Shown one piece after another: positions 1 to 14,630 of a stretch of DNA of 64,000 nucleotides. Position numbers and translations under genes: made by a program. Each line of letters begins with the position of its first letter. The stretch's first letter is position 1. The stretch lies in assembly GCA_951406725.2 (NCBI GenBank), contig OX597817.1:127162001-127226000 (forward strand). Reading direction: 5' to 3'. A model generated the notes under the pieces. It was not told the origin of the DNA. It made no database searches and was given only the letters and a program-made list of their open reading frames with translations. The stretch comes from Octopus vulgaris (Eukaryota).

Positions 1-371
1 TACCCCATAGTGTTTACTTGCCTGATACATTGGTTTGCTATTGCCTTCCCCAATTGAATGGCAGTTAACCCACAGGGAGCTTATTTGCCCTTTGACAGAC
101 ACCCTCCGCACGAGGAAAAGCAAACTACTTAAGTGAGGTAGCCAGTTTATTGGCCGACCACCCAGCCATGAAGAAGACAGTACTGGTTTGCATGGCACCA
201 GTAACAAGTCTCATTAACCTGTCAGAAAAGTCATAAACTAAATTTTTATCTAGAAAAGGGTTTTAATCGATAAGTGTGTGACTAATAATTTTTGTATCGT
301 TACTACCGCTTCCGGTACCTTGGAAAAAAATTATGACATTTGACATTCCGATTTTGTAGTTTGGCACCTAC

Positions 372-1012
372 CTAAAATATTTTAGTGATGTAGTTGTATA
401 GGCTAGCTTTCAGAGTAAATGCGATATGTAGAATTCTGGTATCAGCTTATGCCCTTATTCTCTTGAGAGGAGTCTCTCAAGTAGTTAATTTTCTTTGTTT
501 TCCTTTCCTAGTCAGAAATTTCCTGGAAGTGTTGTGTCGGATGGTTGTAAATGCTACTTCAGTGTTAATAACCATATATGACAGTGAGTGAAAGCGTTGT
601 GTTTAATAATATTTTACTCTCCTACTAACCATTTTATATTTTTATGTTGGAAGTAGCATACTTTGGATAATATATGGGTGTTATTCCTAGCAGGTCAAGC
701 GACGAGAAAGAAACGTTTGTTTTTGCGTCGACCTTCTTCAATGGCTACGAGTGGTAGAAAGACATTTTACACTTTTTGTTGACAATTACGTAGTGTTCGA
801 GGAGAAATTCCCAGTCGTGCTTCTGTTGTTCGTGACTGAGGAGTGTCTGGTGAAGGTGGTAGTACCAATTGCAGCGGTGGCTATAATCCTATTGACTGAT
901 GTTGTTACTTTGTTCGCAGCTCATTTTGATTCGTAAAGAATATCTTTACAAGTTATTAATGCTACCTTATTTAATGTATTCGTGCTTGTACGTGATATTG
1001 GGGTTTCATTTC
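372..1012 (-). pseudogene. Decayed Ser/Thr-rich (mucin-stalk-like) exon candidate
   Basis: Minus-frame translation NETPISRTSTNTLNK...K*AANKVTTSVNRIIATAAIGTTTFTRHSSVTNNRSTTGNFSSNTT*LST with in-frame stops; donor-like AG|GTAGGT at 371. Composition argument only. Confidence 0.3.
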
Positions 1013-2118
1013 AGAGACATCTCCTTTTAAGCTGTTATGTCATGCAAGTCGACAGAAAAATAGGAGCTTTTTCTCAAAGTAAAATTATCGGAATAGCCAA
1101 CTGAAACAAAACTTTATGAATTAATAAATAATAATTTTTAAAAATTTTCCCTAATTTACTTTATCTTATTGCTGACAAAATGATCGTAATTAGATGTGTA
1201 TTAGTTGAGTATGTCAACCTGAATACGTGAGCGGTTTTTGTTTTGTTTGTTTTATTTTGTTTTTTATTCATCAACCCCAGAGAGATGAAAGGCAACTGTG
1301 GTCTGGTTTTGGATCCTTAACGTACAGAAACAAAAAGTACTGAGTGGACAAGTCTGACATTTCAACGATCTTATTACTTAACGAATAAAACTATACTCAG
1401 CAACGTTTATAAAAGCCAATACAAGCAGATATAAAGAGTGAGTGTAAGAGATATTTACGAAGAAATAAAGACGGTTACAAGAACAAACACACACATATAC
1501 ATGCATACACACATACACATAGAATGAAAACGAGAATATAGGATAGTAAGATGAAAATAAAATTATATATAGATAAAAACAAATCTAATTCTATATAAAT
1601 AAAAATAACAAATAATTCGTTTCAATTATGTTTCCTGTAAGTGATATCCGTTATGTCAATGACTTTCTGACACTGTGCATATCAAATTACAAGACATAGT
1701 TTTAATGTCCATTTTAAAGTTAGTAAGATTGGTTTGCATATCCATCTCATTTAACTATGCGTTTTATATATTTTTTGAGGTTCTAGATAGTTGTTTCTGT
1801 TTACATAAAATCATGGAATGCCAACATAGCAAATATAGAGGTCTTGATTCAGGATCATAATTATCATAATCACAATTCTCGTTATATCATCATGATCAAA
1901 TGAATAGGTTCTTCATTATTATCCTCATCAGCCAAATTGTACTGAGACTTATCATCAATATAATGATCGAGACGAACATCAACGCCATTGTCATCTTCAT
2001 ACTCGTCGTTCATTACCGTCATTAATCATCTTCCTCAACCTCCACTTCAGTATAATGAGCAGAGTGATTAAGTACCTTTCTTTTTCTTTTTATAAGCTTA
2101 TATGTTTCCTATAGACAC

Positions 2119-2253
<135 letters not shown>

Positions 2254-2755
2254 TCTGCATTAGTATGTATATACACACACATATATGCATATGTAGGTGC
2301 ATATATATATATATATATATATAAATATATATAACAAGCACAGTTCTAAAATACCTATTAGAGATGCAAGTTGTAACTCTACTGAAAGTAATGTCTATGT
2401 CTGTTGCCATTTCACCATGGCTGTTCCGTACGAACCATGCTACTAATCTGTTTAAACTCCTGAAGACTCCTCCGCCAGGTGGTTAACGACACAAAAATGT
2501 ATTCGATAAATTGCGAGAAAGTGAGCGTACCTCTAACATCCAACGGAAGAGAAAATAAAATACACGAGATTTTTTATTAATTACAACGGTCGTGTCGGCC
2601 CAACTTGAATCGGTTCATCACATATGAGATTCTGGACAAGTGGCTGTAGCGCATCCTTCGGTAGAGATATATCGCGTTAGCTGTCCATTAAACAGTTCCC
2701 TCGCCCAATCACCTTGGTTTGGCCTGGCATATATATAATATGCACACACACACAC

Positions 2756-2831
<76 letters not shown>

Positions 2832-2997
2832 TTTTTATTATTCTATATTTCTACTTGTCACACTTATTAAACTGCGGCAAACCTGGGCCACCACCTAGAC
2901 ATTTTAGTCGACTGAACTGATGCAAGTACATATTTTTTATCATACTGTATTTATTCTATCGGTAGAGTTCTCAGATCTAAGAAGGACATGAGATCTT

Positions 2998-3255
2998 TCC
3001 GCTATACAAAATCTATAGCGTCTTGACGTATTGCGCTGATCATCGCACGGTGCCCCACTTGATGATGTGTGGAATATTGTTCGCCTTCAGGTTCCAGATA
3101 TGGATAGACAACGTAAGATGTTCTTATATATCTGTCGGAGAGAAGATTGGTTTATGGTATATCTTTTCTAGCGTCACTTCCATTCTAAACAATACCGAAA
3201 CTCGAAAGAAATGGTATATTGGTATATGCAAAAGAGATTTTAAATTAGATAAATT
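2998..3255 (-). pseudogene. Decayed C-type-lectin-like exon candidate
   Basis: Strong acceptor ttttctcctcttcag ending at 3256; one frame gives CLSISGT*...GAPCDDQRNTSRRYRFC, a CTL-like C-terminal Cys spacing; frames are broken. Confidence 0.22.
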
Positions 3256-4087
3256 CTGAAGAGGAGAAAACGTGAGAGTAGAAATAATGCAAAGAAACAC
3301 GTTGTTATTTATAAAAAATACAACTTAGCAAAAGACATGGGAATTTGTCTCTGCTGACAAGGCTTTCCGTGCAACTGAGGACCTTTTCTTTAAATATATG
3401 AATTTCATATCAGAAATTATTTCTTCGACCGTAAATATAAAGCATTGCTCCTTTATGCTGAACTTCAATACATCTCGCTTTTTATTTGGTACTCTACTGC
3501 CTCATCTATTGACTTTTTGATATCATAATATAAAATATAAAAATATTACCCGATGCCAAAATCATAATATACTTTTGAACGCAATTATGTCAGCAAATAA
3601 TTTTAAAGAATCACGCCAGTCAGTTTTTTGGCAACTGACGATGATTGATTTTTCTTTTTCTCAGTCTGATTCAATTAAACTCTATTGGATCTAAAATCAA
3701 CTTCTTTTCGTGTACGGATCGGTTTTAAAATATCTGATATATCATCAACACACCATGAGGATATTGGAATCACATCATTATAAAAGATGATGAATACAAT
3801 GCAACATCCTTCAGATTTGTTTCTTATTTTATTTGATATCAAATATAGAATGAGTCCTCTAACACATCATGAGCAAATTATATTTGTATAAAAGGAATCG
3901 CAGGTATTAATGATTTATCTTCTCATATCTCTGCATATCTGTATAAATGTACACGAGAGTGTGCATGTTTATCTATCCAAATATATATGAATACATATAT
4001 ATATACATACTTACTTTTGATGGCGTAAGAATTTATAAACTTCGTGAGAACATGAAATATCTAATTTTTCGAAAAGTTTATTCGCAA

Positions 4088-4258
4088 CGGCCTTTCGTCT
4101 GTCTTTACGTTCTGAGTTCAAATTCCACCGAGGTTGACCTTACCTTTCATCCTTTTGGAGCCGATAATATAAGTAAGATTCGAACAATGGGGACGATTCA
4201 GTCGACTCACCCACATCCAGAAATCGCTGGCCTTTCGCCAAAAATTTGAAGCCATTAT
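4088..4258 (+). mobile_element. Degenerate SINE, same family as 20705-20941
   Basis: Contains gttctgagttcaaattcc...ctttcatcctttt, shared with the copy at 20705. Confidence 0.65.
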
Positions 4259-4802
4259 TCTTATGAACACGTTGAGTTTGCTGAATCGTTACCTTACTGA
4301 AAATAATGCTCAACTGTATTTTTTCTGGTTTTAATCAATTTCAGGTTGCTGAATTAAATACCTTTTGAACACTTGGGTCGGGGTAGTCGACTGTCTCTTT
4401 TCACTAAAATTGGTGGTTTAGCACCAAAATTTTAAACAATTCGTATTAATGCTCATATTATTGATTATTATTATTATAATCAATATTATATGTTACGTAA
4501 ATTATATTCACTTACATTATGAGTAGATAAAATTTCCCTCCCCACCCCATATCTATTTTTAATAGTAAATTTACTCGTACCGTTGTCCTGTTTATGAGTC
4601 TTTGTGTGTTTGAGATTCATGTGTGTTTACACGTTTCTACATATATGCGCGTTTGTGTGCGTGTGACTGTGAAAGAGAGAGAGAGTGTGTGTGTGTCACT
4701 AAATGTGACTAGGGTGGTAAGCATCACTTACATTGTTAGAAATTAGAGCTAAAGCGCTCTAATCCTGTAGTTGGTGCACATGAATGAAAACATATACACT
4801 AT

Positions 4803-5326
4803 CATGGAACATAATTGTCCGAAAAGTGTCGATCGAGAATTCTTAATACGGACGTTTCCGTTTCGGCAATTTCAGTTGACTCATCAGTTAAGACAGCTTG
4901 ATCGCTCGCCTCTTTCTCGACTCGCTTCGCCATTAGTATTTATATTTTCGTCACCCAAATAATTGGAGGATTTAGCGACTTAGCAACGGTAATTGTCGAA
5001 TCTGACGCATCAGTATCAAAAGTTCTGGATCGACATTTTTCGGATGATTATTGTCCCTGTCAGTGTATATGTTTTTATTCATGTGCGTTAACTACAGCTT
5101 TATAGAGGTTTAGCTCTTATTTCTAGCAATGTAGGTGTTTCCTAAGACCCTAATAACATTTATAATTCTCCTTTTTGGTGAAACATTGCAAACTGCTGTT
5201 CATATTAATTTTATATATTTACAGGTTAGCGAATCGCTAAATCATCCAATTATTTGAATGACGAAAACATAAATACTAATGGCGAAGCGACTCTAGAAAG
5301 TTCCGAACGGTGAACTGTCTTAACTG
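4803..5326. mobile_element. Penelope-type short element: permuted ~340 bp unit (+) preceded by an inverted partial copy carrying an HHR core
   Basis: 4803-4871 is the imperfect reverse complement of 4991-5060; 4885-4990 is the imperfect reverse complement of 5222-5326. Confidence 0.6.
4841..4893 (-). ncRNA. Hammerhead-like motif (degenerate stems I and II)
   Basis: Minus strand: CUGAUGA-GUCAA cugaaa UUGCC-GAAAC G GAAA C GUC; stem III closes on a GAAA loop; stem I (UCUUAA/UUAAGA) is offset by 4 nt. Confidence 0.5.
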
Positions 5327-5387
5327 TTCCTCCTTTATTTAGGTCTGCACAATCTGCTCCGATGATGGTGAAACTTTTTTTTTTTTC

Positions 5388-6060
5388 ACCTCGGCATCCA
5401 TGTGAGCGCTGTTTAGATGAGTTTCATTAAGGATAAAGAAAGTGATGCAATGTGCCGTTTCGGCAAGTCAACTTTCTATGTATAGGATCTTCCATTTTGG
5501 GGCAGTGAATGATGGAGCAATGAGCACGTATATTTAGCAGGAATGTCGTGGCAAGGATAATTTGTTATTTGTATTGTTCTAAGGGCTTGTATTGTTCAGA
5601 GGTAGCAATGAGGGTAGTTTTTGTATGGAGCTGTGTGTGTGGAGTGATGTTATAGTTGATCGTGCGAGTGTGTTCCTTGTACTTTGCATATACGACTGCT
5701 GATACCTTGTTGGATCTCCCGGCTTAGGTCGGTCTTCATATTTTCTAGGTAAGGAGGTGAAAAAGAGTTACCTCTTTGGTTTGCCAATTGGTCAGATTAT
5801 ACATTGTTCATGGTTATGTTATTTGGTGTTATGATTTTCTTATAGTTCTTTCTTCCTTTGGTAGTAGGAGGTGAAATGTGGCAGCATTTTGTTTTTGTTG
5901 CTGTTGTTGCACTCTTGTCGTTGCTGATTATTTTTATTTTTCGCTCGATTCCTGCCCTTCAAATGGTGGGAGTTACATTCTAGGTTCAGGCTAGTTGGTC
6001 AACTTTAGGGTGGTAGAAGGTGCGTTGACTTGCAAAATTTCTCCTACAGAATCATTTTCG
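5388..6060 (-). mobile_element. Decayed CR1-like LINE 5' fragment (end of ORF1, start of AP endonuclease)
   Basis: Minus translations TFYHPKV...ECNSHHLKG (zinc-finger-like ORF1 remnant) and FLLNIRAH.../FFILNETHLNSAHMDAEV (APE N-terminal NIR and ETHL..DAE motifs); frameshifted. Confidence 0.55.
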
Positions 6061-6337
6061 CTAGATACTTTTTTCTATATACACGTATGATGAGATTTTT
6101 GTCTGACATGAATTTGTTCTCTTCTATAATCCTTTCCCAATACTTTATTTAATATCCTTACTGCACATAAAAACAAACAAAGCATACACGAATTTTAACA
6201 AATCATATCATCAGTTTACTTATCACAAGAAACGATTATTTTACTTCATTTATTTTATACATCTAACACGACTATATGTGCACATCTGTATCTACACACA
6301 CGCACACACCTATATGTATGTATGTATGTACATATGC

Positions 6338-6389
<52 letters not shown>

Positions 6390-6436
6390 AATATATATGT
6401 GTAAACACACATATAAACAGGCATATATATGCATGG

Positions 6437-6468
<32 letters not shown>

Positions 6469-6755
6469 GGGTACATTTGCATATATATATATATATACCC
6501 GCGCACACATACATATTCACATACATATTTATGTATATACACATATACAATAGTAGGTAGATGTTTGTATATGTACAAAACAATCTATAAATGTATAGAT
6601 ATATATTTATTTATTTCCTTCTTACCTTCTTTCCGAATATAATTTATACATTATCTTTTCTAAATATTATTCTTAACTTCCTGAAGTACCAGAAGCAATC
6701 ATTATAAATTATATTTGTATTTTGCACTGATTGGTATTCTATGTGTGTGTGTATG

Positions 6756-6816
<61 letters not shown>

Positions 6817-7619
6817 GTAGATACATAAATACTTCCATTCTTACTTATATATGTACATATACATATGTACATAAATACATATATGCACGTATATATACAT
6901 ATATATATGTACATATATATGTACATAAATACACACACACACTCATAGTATTGAATAAGAAGCTGAACTATATCTGTTATTTATCGTTCTTAATTCTACT
7001 ATTCAACTATTCTAGTATAGCAGAGAGTTTTATCTGAATGATGCTGTTAACGGTATTATCGACATTTGTCATTAGATAATTTTGTGTGTATGTTTCAAGA
7101 GTTTAATTTTGAAAGGTGCCATTATTCCACAAATCGCTGGAGTAGTTTGTCTTTAGAGCGTTGAATTTATACATTTTGTATTAAAAGAGTCATGCTTCAG
7201 CTTCATCTAAAATAGCTCCAGTTGAATTATTTCTCCTTTTCTCGTCGAGATCTTTCCTTTCTTACAAAACTAATATGATTATTGTTCAGTTCCTAAACTT
7301 TATGTTTTCACGCCATCACCTACAGTTATATAAACCTGGGATTTACAGACGATACGTTAATAATGGATTGACATCACCAGCTGAATATACACTGTGATAA
7401 CAAATAATACTTAATTATTTAAAATGTCCATATTTTTACAAGTCTTAGCTCACATTGAAATCAAATAAGGAAAAATATTCATGGACATTAAACTTAGTTT
7501 TAGATTTTCGTTATAAATAACTAAAAATAGTGAAATTGAGTAGCATCCCGAGAAACGTTTATTAGAACCCAAATATTTCAACAACACATATTTTTCTGAA
7601 TATTCAATGGATGTTTCTA

Positions 7620-8000
<381 letters not shown>

Positions 8001-9367
8001 GTTGGATTTGTGTATATAAAGATATGAAATCATTTTTATATTTTTAGCTGTAATAAATTGAGAAATCACTATTTTTATTGTTAGTGTTTTCCTTGTTTGA
8101 TATATCATATGTATATTCTGAGTTAAATATATTTATGTAAGATTTAGAATTTCAGTTAAATCCCGAAAATATCCGTTGACTAACAAATAATATGTTGATT
8201 TATATTTATTTAATGGTCCTTGTTTTCTGATAAAATATTCTCGTTTTATTAGGCTATTTCATATTTATTTTCTTTCTCACACATTCTCACAAATATTCTT
8301 TCTCCACTAATTCCTTTTTATCTGTTTTTTTTCCTGCACATAGCGCCTGTTCTCCTTCAATGAATTCATATCTCTATTGTTGCCATTGCTGTTCTGCTAA
8401 ATAAGATTATTTTGTTCCTCAGATAAAGACATCTAATGATAAATTTCTTTCGTCAATTTATTCCTTTGTATTAGAACTCTAATGTGTTAGCGACAAGGTG
8501 TCCTCGAATTAATATATTAATAAAATTCTGTTCTCCTCTATATAGTTCGTTTTCCTACTTGACTTAAATGAAACGAAGCAGAGAACAAAGTCAGTGAAAG
8601 ATGACAGAGAGTAAAACCTACTCTGATTGAGATATCAAGAAACAAAAGAAAGAGATCATTTTATAACATGAGTTATAAAGAAAGAGAAATCTGTCGCGTT
8701 TCTGCTTGCGCATATGATGAAATAAATTATCCAGTGTTTGCCTCAATTTAGAGGAATAAAAACCCATTAGCAAAATCCGATGAACAAAATTACACAAGCT
8801 AGACAACAAATAGGATGTAATAATTTTTAACTGTATTTATCTAGGTTATTTTTGTGCCTATATTTTATTTTCTTGCTGATGTATTTTTCGTTTATACTAT
8901 TTTTGTTTAGTTTTGTTTGTTCTTGTGACTATGTCAGATATTATATTTTCTCTAATAATATACAATTTGCATCTTTATTTTGGTTTTTCTTAAACTATCA
9001 CTCATTTCAAATGTTTTATGATATTAGTTATATCGAATAAACGCTTTTAATCAATTAATTTTATTGATGTTTTCCTTTAAATTTCACGCATTTATAAAAC
9101 AGAAAACCGTTCTTTATTTTCAACCAAATTACTCGCTCGGATTTCTTTCAACAAAGGTTTTGTCAGCGCATGATCAGTTGACTAAAAATTTATTCACATA
9201 ATCACTCAAACACATACGAACACACACTTACACAAAACTACAGACACACAGATAAACATACCCATACATAGATTACAGGTACTACTACTTACATTGTATG
9301 AGGGCGTTGCATGACGATGACACGTAGATAGCACCGGTTTGATTTTAATTCTTTTTAAAATTAATTT

Positions 9368-9655
9368 TATTTGTTCACTCATTGCACTACGTCCAAGCTA
9401 GAACACCGCCTTGAAGAGTTTAGTCAAGGAAATCGACTCCATTAATTTAGTCTTAGAGCCTGGTACTTCTTTTGTCGTCACTTTAGCCAAGCCGCTATGT
9501 TACGAGGACTTAAACAAACCAACACCGTTTGTAAGACGGTGATGGTGATAAACGCTTACAGAAACACACACACAACACACATATTATATATATATATATA
9601 TACATATATGATGGGATGCCTTAAGTTTCTGATTACTTAATCCTTTCACAAGTCA
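9368..9655 (-). mobile_element. Degenerate SINE 3' part (family of 42398-42784)
   Basis: Reverse-complement similarity to the ...ttagcggttcggcaaaag...aaggcggtgctccagc... tail. Confidence 0.55.
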
Positions 9656-10238
9656 TAAAATCGCAGGTTGAGCCATGCTAGAACGATACAGCAACAAAAA
9701 CGATCCACTTCTCATACACACACATAGCAGAGCGTGTTCAGGCAAATAGGATTACAGAATGAATGAAGTGTGGAAACATCCTGAATTAGCTGAAATTGAA
9801 ATTTTAGTACAAATTGTAACAAAATTTTATAGATATTATCTTGGGCATAATATCTGTATCATCTCAAAATCTAGTGTAGTACACATTCTTATCGAAATTA
9901 AACTAAACCAGTGAACACCGATTTCGAGACGGAAAATATATTACAAATATAAAATAGGTTAAACTTCTATTCTTCATACGATGTATTCTATACAAATCAA
10001 ATACCTTTCATATCGTATTTCCAGGTAAATATTGATTCGTAAAATTCAAGGGTGCAGAGTTGTACTTAAAATAGATATACACCAAAGGAATGCAATGACA
10101 ATCGTCTAAGATATTATGTACATGCATCTAATAGTCTTTAAATCACTTGGCAATGTTCCATGCATGCAACTTTCAAAGGTCGGTCTCCACGGCCTTTTAA
10201 TATTGATCTATATGAAACTATATATATATATTTATATG

Positions 10239-10273
<35 letters not shown>

Positions 10274-10295
10274 ATATATATATTTGTATATATGT

Positions 10296-10341
<46 letters not shown>

Positions 10342-10374
10342 TACATATGTATGCATATATATATTTTTATATGT

Positions 10375-10437
<63 letters not shown>

Positions 10438-10779
10438 TAAGTATATATATTAAGGCTCTTCATATCAAAAGTTTGCACATGCAAGTGTTCCCACTAAGGT
10501 CATTAAATCATGTCTCGAAAGGCCAACGAGACATCACGCAAACAAATTTTGTTGAGGATTCTTTCATTCAGTCCATTTCATTTCTTCTAACAATTTTTGG
10601 TACCAGTATAAATAATCAAAGGTGAATTCATTATTTATTGAATAGATGATGCATCAAGAGAGAATGTTGATTTGGTTAAACCAAAGAAAACCAATTGAAA
10701 TACTATCAGTCAATATCATATCATACAGACTTGTCAGTAAATTATAGCTCTACAAAGGGATGTAATTAAATAATAAAAT

Positions 10780-11188
10780 GATGAGAAGAAGAAGAAGAAG
10801 CAGAAGAAGAAAAAGAAGAAGAAGAAGAAGAAGAAGAAGAAGAAGCAGAAGTAGAAGAAAAAGGAACAAGAGAAGAGGATGACGACGACGACGACGATGA
10901 TGAGGATGATGATGACGATGATGATGAAAGAGAAGATGAAGTATCAGAGGTAGAAGAAAAAGGAACAAGAGAAGAGGATGACGACGACGACGACGATGAT
11001 GATGATGATGATGACGATGATGACGAAAGAGAAGAAGAAAAAGAAGAAGAAGAAGAAGAAGAAGAAGAAAAAAAGAAGAAGAAAAAGAAGAAGAAGAAGG
11101 AAAAGAAAAAGAATAAAACGAAGAAGAGAATGCGGGAATGTTATGATACAACAGCAACAGCAGCAGTAGTAGCAGCAGCAACAACAAA
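10780..11188. repeat. Compound (GAA)n/(GAC)n/(GAT)n/(CAG)n trinucleotide tract with an internal ~100 bp duplication
   Basis: gtagaagaaaaaggaacaagagaagaggatgacgacg occurs at ~10851 and ~10949. Confidence 0.9.
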
Positions 11189-11669
11189 TTTGATATTTAC
11201 TCTTTCTTCATCAGAATTATTTATATCAACCTACCCAGACTAAATGCACATTTCTTTAAAGATTCCCTTCCTACATATAACAGGGATAAAGTATACACTA
11301 AACCAAACTAGCGAGATAACTGTGTTAGCAGCGACATTTTCATTAAGTTTTTATTCTGACCATGCCCCTTAATATTTATACGGATTTGTTTCTTTTTGCT
11401 ATAAAAATGAGGCAAAACAACATGATACTAAAATCGTGACACCTGAAAACTTTGAGGACAGACAGCAACAACACGGAAGTATTGAAATATTTCTTAAATC
11501 ATACCATACCATTTTCTTTAAAGGTAGACCATAATGTATACTATGGATCTAGAAAGCAATAAATGTAGGCTAGACATGCTTAACAATCATTACACCACAC
11601 GGTATATAATGTCAACGAATTCAATTAGCATAAATTAAGACATAAAATACATTTATAGGTCATTAAATA

Positions 11670-11992
11670 TCGTCTCGGGTTGACCGAAGCCTTGTGAGTG
11701 GATATGGTGCACGGAAACTGAAACAAGTTCGACATATATGTGTGTGTATGTGTGTGTACGTGATGCGTCGGTGCGTGTGTGCGTGTATGTAACACAGTGT
11801 ATGCTTTATTGAAGCCAAGTGTTGGTGTGTTTATATCTACGTAAGTTAGCAGTTTGGTAACAGACACCAATTGAATAAATACCAGCGTTAAAAAAAACAT
11901 AATTACTGGGGCCGATTCATTCGACTAAAAATTCTTCCAGACAGTGCCTCAGCGTGGTTACAGTCTATTGACTGAAAAATTAATAGATAAAA
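11670..11992 (+). mobile_element. 5'-truncated SINE (family of 42398-42784)
   Basis: gaagccttgtgagtggat...cggaaactgaaa followed by the family 3' module. Confidence 0.6.
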
Positions 11993-12653
11993 GTCATCGG
12001 TTAACATATGGACAGGCAACCGTATGACATTTTGATATATCCTTTACCATTCTGATGTCAGCTTTGTGCCTCGATTTTAGGGAAGCAGTAAGAACTGGAT
12101 TATTTTCTGTAATCAGCTCCTTCTCACTGATGTCACAAGTTTTGATAATGTATCTATGGCAGGAATCGCCATTGGGTTGGCAGCAAAATATGTTCATTAT
12201 ACCAAAAGTATTTAATTAATTTATTAATGATTATTCCAAACATCAGATTTAACGGCACTATCAGTGATTACAGATCACGAATAATCTCCGAATTTACTCT
12301 TGTTTGGTTTTCTCAAACGTGTGTATATCTTTCATCAATACACATTGCAAGATTGTGCAGAACTTCACAAACTCACATACACACGCATATACATATGCAT
12401 ACACTCACATTCATTCATACGTGCATTAATGAATACAAATGTACACACACTGTCACATACACACATACACATATGCGAGTGTTTGCTGAAATTGTCGGGA
12501 AAGACCTGGCTTGAAGCCCAATCCGATATTTTTTCCAAGGCATAGAAAAACTGACCGCTACAATAATTCTGGGAATATGCTGAATAAAATAATATTTAAT
12601 TGATTCTCCAGTATCATCTTTTCATCGAACCAGGAATGTTTTAGCCCCTTCTC

Positions 12654-12727
<74 letters not shown>

Positions 12728-12744
12728 ACAGAGAGAGAGAAAGG

Positions 12745-13410
12745 GAGGTTTTTGTTAAGCAGCGTCGATTTTTACAATTCTGAAAATAATAATAATAGTA
12801 TTTTATAAACTTCAATCTTATAAGCGACGACGCTGCTTAACAAAAATCTTCATAATAAATCAATGAAATTTTGTTTACAAGAACAACACTATGAACTAAT
12901 TATAGTTCTTAAATCTAATGCAATGAAGCAGGTTGTTGTGTTAGTATAATGGTAGCACACTTGGTTGCGAAAACAAAGAGGTGTGGGTTCGAGTCCCACA
13001 CGTACAGGAAAACCTACCCTTTTCCGTCGAAGGCTTATATGACCCATTATTAGACTATATATTTTTTAGTCATTGCACGGTGATCGCTTATAAGATTTAA
13101 TCTTACAAGATAATCATTTACAGAGTTGTAAAAATCGACGCTGCTTAACTAAAACTTTCACGTTGAAAGTTTGTTATCAAAAACAATACTTCGAACTAAT
13201 TATAGTTCTTAAATCTGACGGAATGAAGCAGGCTAGTTCTCTAGTGTGATGGTAGCATTCTTGTCACGAAAACAAAGAGGTGTGGGTTCGAGTCCCACGC
13301 GTGTGAGAAATTCTATTCTTTTCCGTCGAGGGACATTTATGCCCCATTATTTGACTATTTTCTTTAGTCACTGCGCGATGATCGCTCATAAGCTTTAAGC
13401 TTATAAAATA
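12745..13410 (+). repeat. Tandem ~300 bp dimer with tRNA-like A/B boxes and an inverted partial copy at the 5' side
   Basis: Units start at ~12830 and ~13137; each has TAGTRTRATGG and GTGGGTTCGAGTCCCAC; 12747-12828 is the reverse complement of ~13084-13158. Confidence 0.75.
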
Positions 13411-13426
13411 AGCTAACACACACACA

Positions 13427-13482
<56 letters not shown>

Positions 13483-14059
13483 ATCACAGAATGATTTTTC
13501 TTAAAATCCACCTCAATAACATAATAAAATGTACTTCCGACGGCTTGCCAAGATTTGGTTAAGATTGAAAATTTGCTGCAAAGATGGAAACACTCCACAG
13601 ATTAAAAGGATGTTTAGTTCTTCAGCAGACGACAATGCTTATTCGCTTAACCTTTTATTAGATGAGATATGTATGAAAAGAAATGCCAATCTAGCGATTT
13701 AGTTATGAATTTTAAATATATGGCTTCATGTAAAATTATATGGTCATTCATTTTCAAGAAAGCGTAATGTCATTTAAATTAAATTAAATATATGTGCGTG
13801 AGAATTTCTTCGTCTGTGAAAAAGTCGCTTGTAGAATACAACCGCCTACACTACACAATATGACAATGTCACAAGCATATCAATGTAATTACCCCTTTTA
13901 ATAATCCGACGAAATTTATGGATTAAACACCGTTTTAATCACAGTATTGTTTGTCTGGTTTTGCACACACACGCACGCACGCACACCATCACGTACACAC
14001 ACACACATACAAACACGCACGTGCACATACATGAACGCAGAAACTCGGGCCCCAAAGTA

Positions 14060-14225
14060 TTCCTACTACTCTATCCTGGTCCAGTAAGTGCGAGGCTCCT
14101 CGTACAGCAATAACCTCAGTGCTCGTAAATTATGTGAAAAGGGGTTCCTTAGTTACCACAACTCTTCGTTACTCAAGAGGTTCTCAGGCGTAATTCTTTC
14201 ATCTGTGCACAAATTTTATTCATTG
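14060..14225 (+). mobile_element. Decayed Penelope-like ORF C-terminus (GIY-YIG tail)
   Basis: GSSYSNNLSARKLCEKGFLSYHNSSLLKRFSGVILSSVHKF resembles the PLE C-terminal pattern Y.N...C.LC..EK..I......LLN.R.E....C.H..KF. Confidence 0.4.
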
Positions 14226-14592
14226 TTGTCCCATTGCGTAAAGTTCTTATACTTCCCATAATTACGATTCAATCTAAAATTACAACTTGGCCGTGATAGC
14301 AAAATATACCTTATATGTGTCTCTCCCCTTCAGTATATATATATTCACACAGACACTGACACATACACACACACGCGCGCACACACATATATATCGAATC
14401 TCATTGCTCATTCTCCCTTATTAGCACATCCTCCTATACAACCACCCCACCCTTATCCATCATATTTCTTCTCCACCTCCTCCTTGGTTCATCCGAAAAT
14501 AGAACCTCTTAGAACACTACCGCTTACCATTGCTACCAACCTATCACTCATGTTCTCTCTCTTTCACTCTATCTCTATCTCTCTTTCTCTCC

Positions 14593-14630
<38 letters not shown>

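Noticed and set aside
2584-2624. Hammerhead-like remnant on the minus strand (GUGAUGA...GACAC)
   Set aside because: Both core boxes are mutated and the stems are weak.
10750-11187. Poly-L/H/R and poly-K ORFs
   Set aside because: They derive from a compound trinucleotide tract.
12931-13005. Functional tRNA gene
   Set aside because: The acceptor and anticodon stems do not pair properly; treated as a tRNA-derived repeat.
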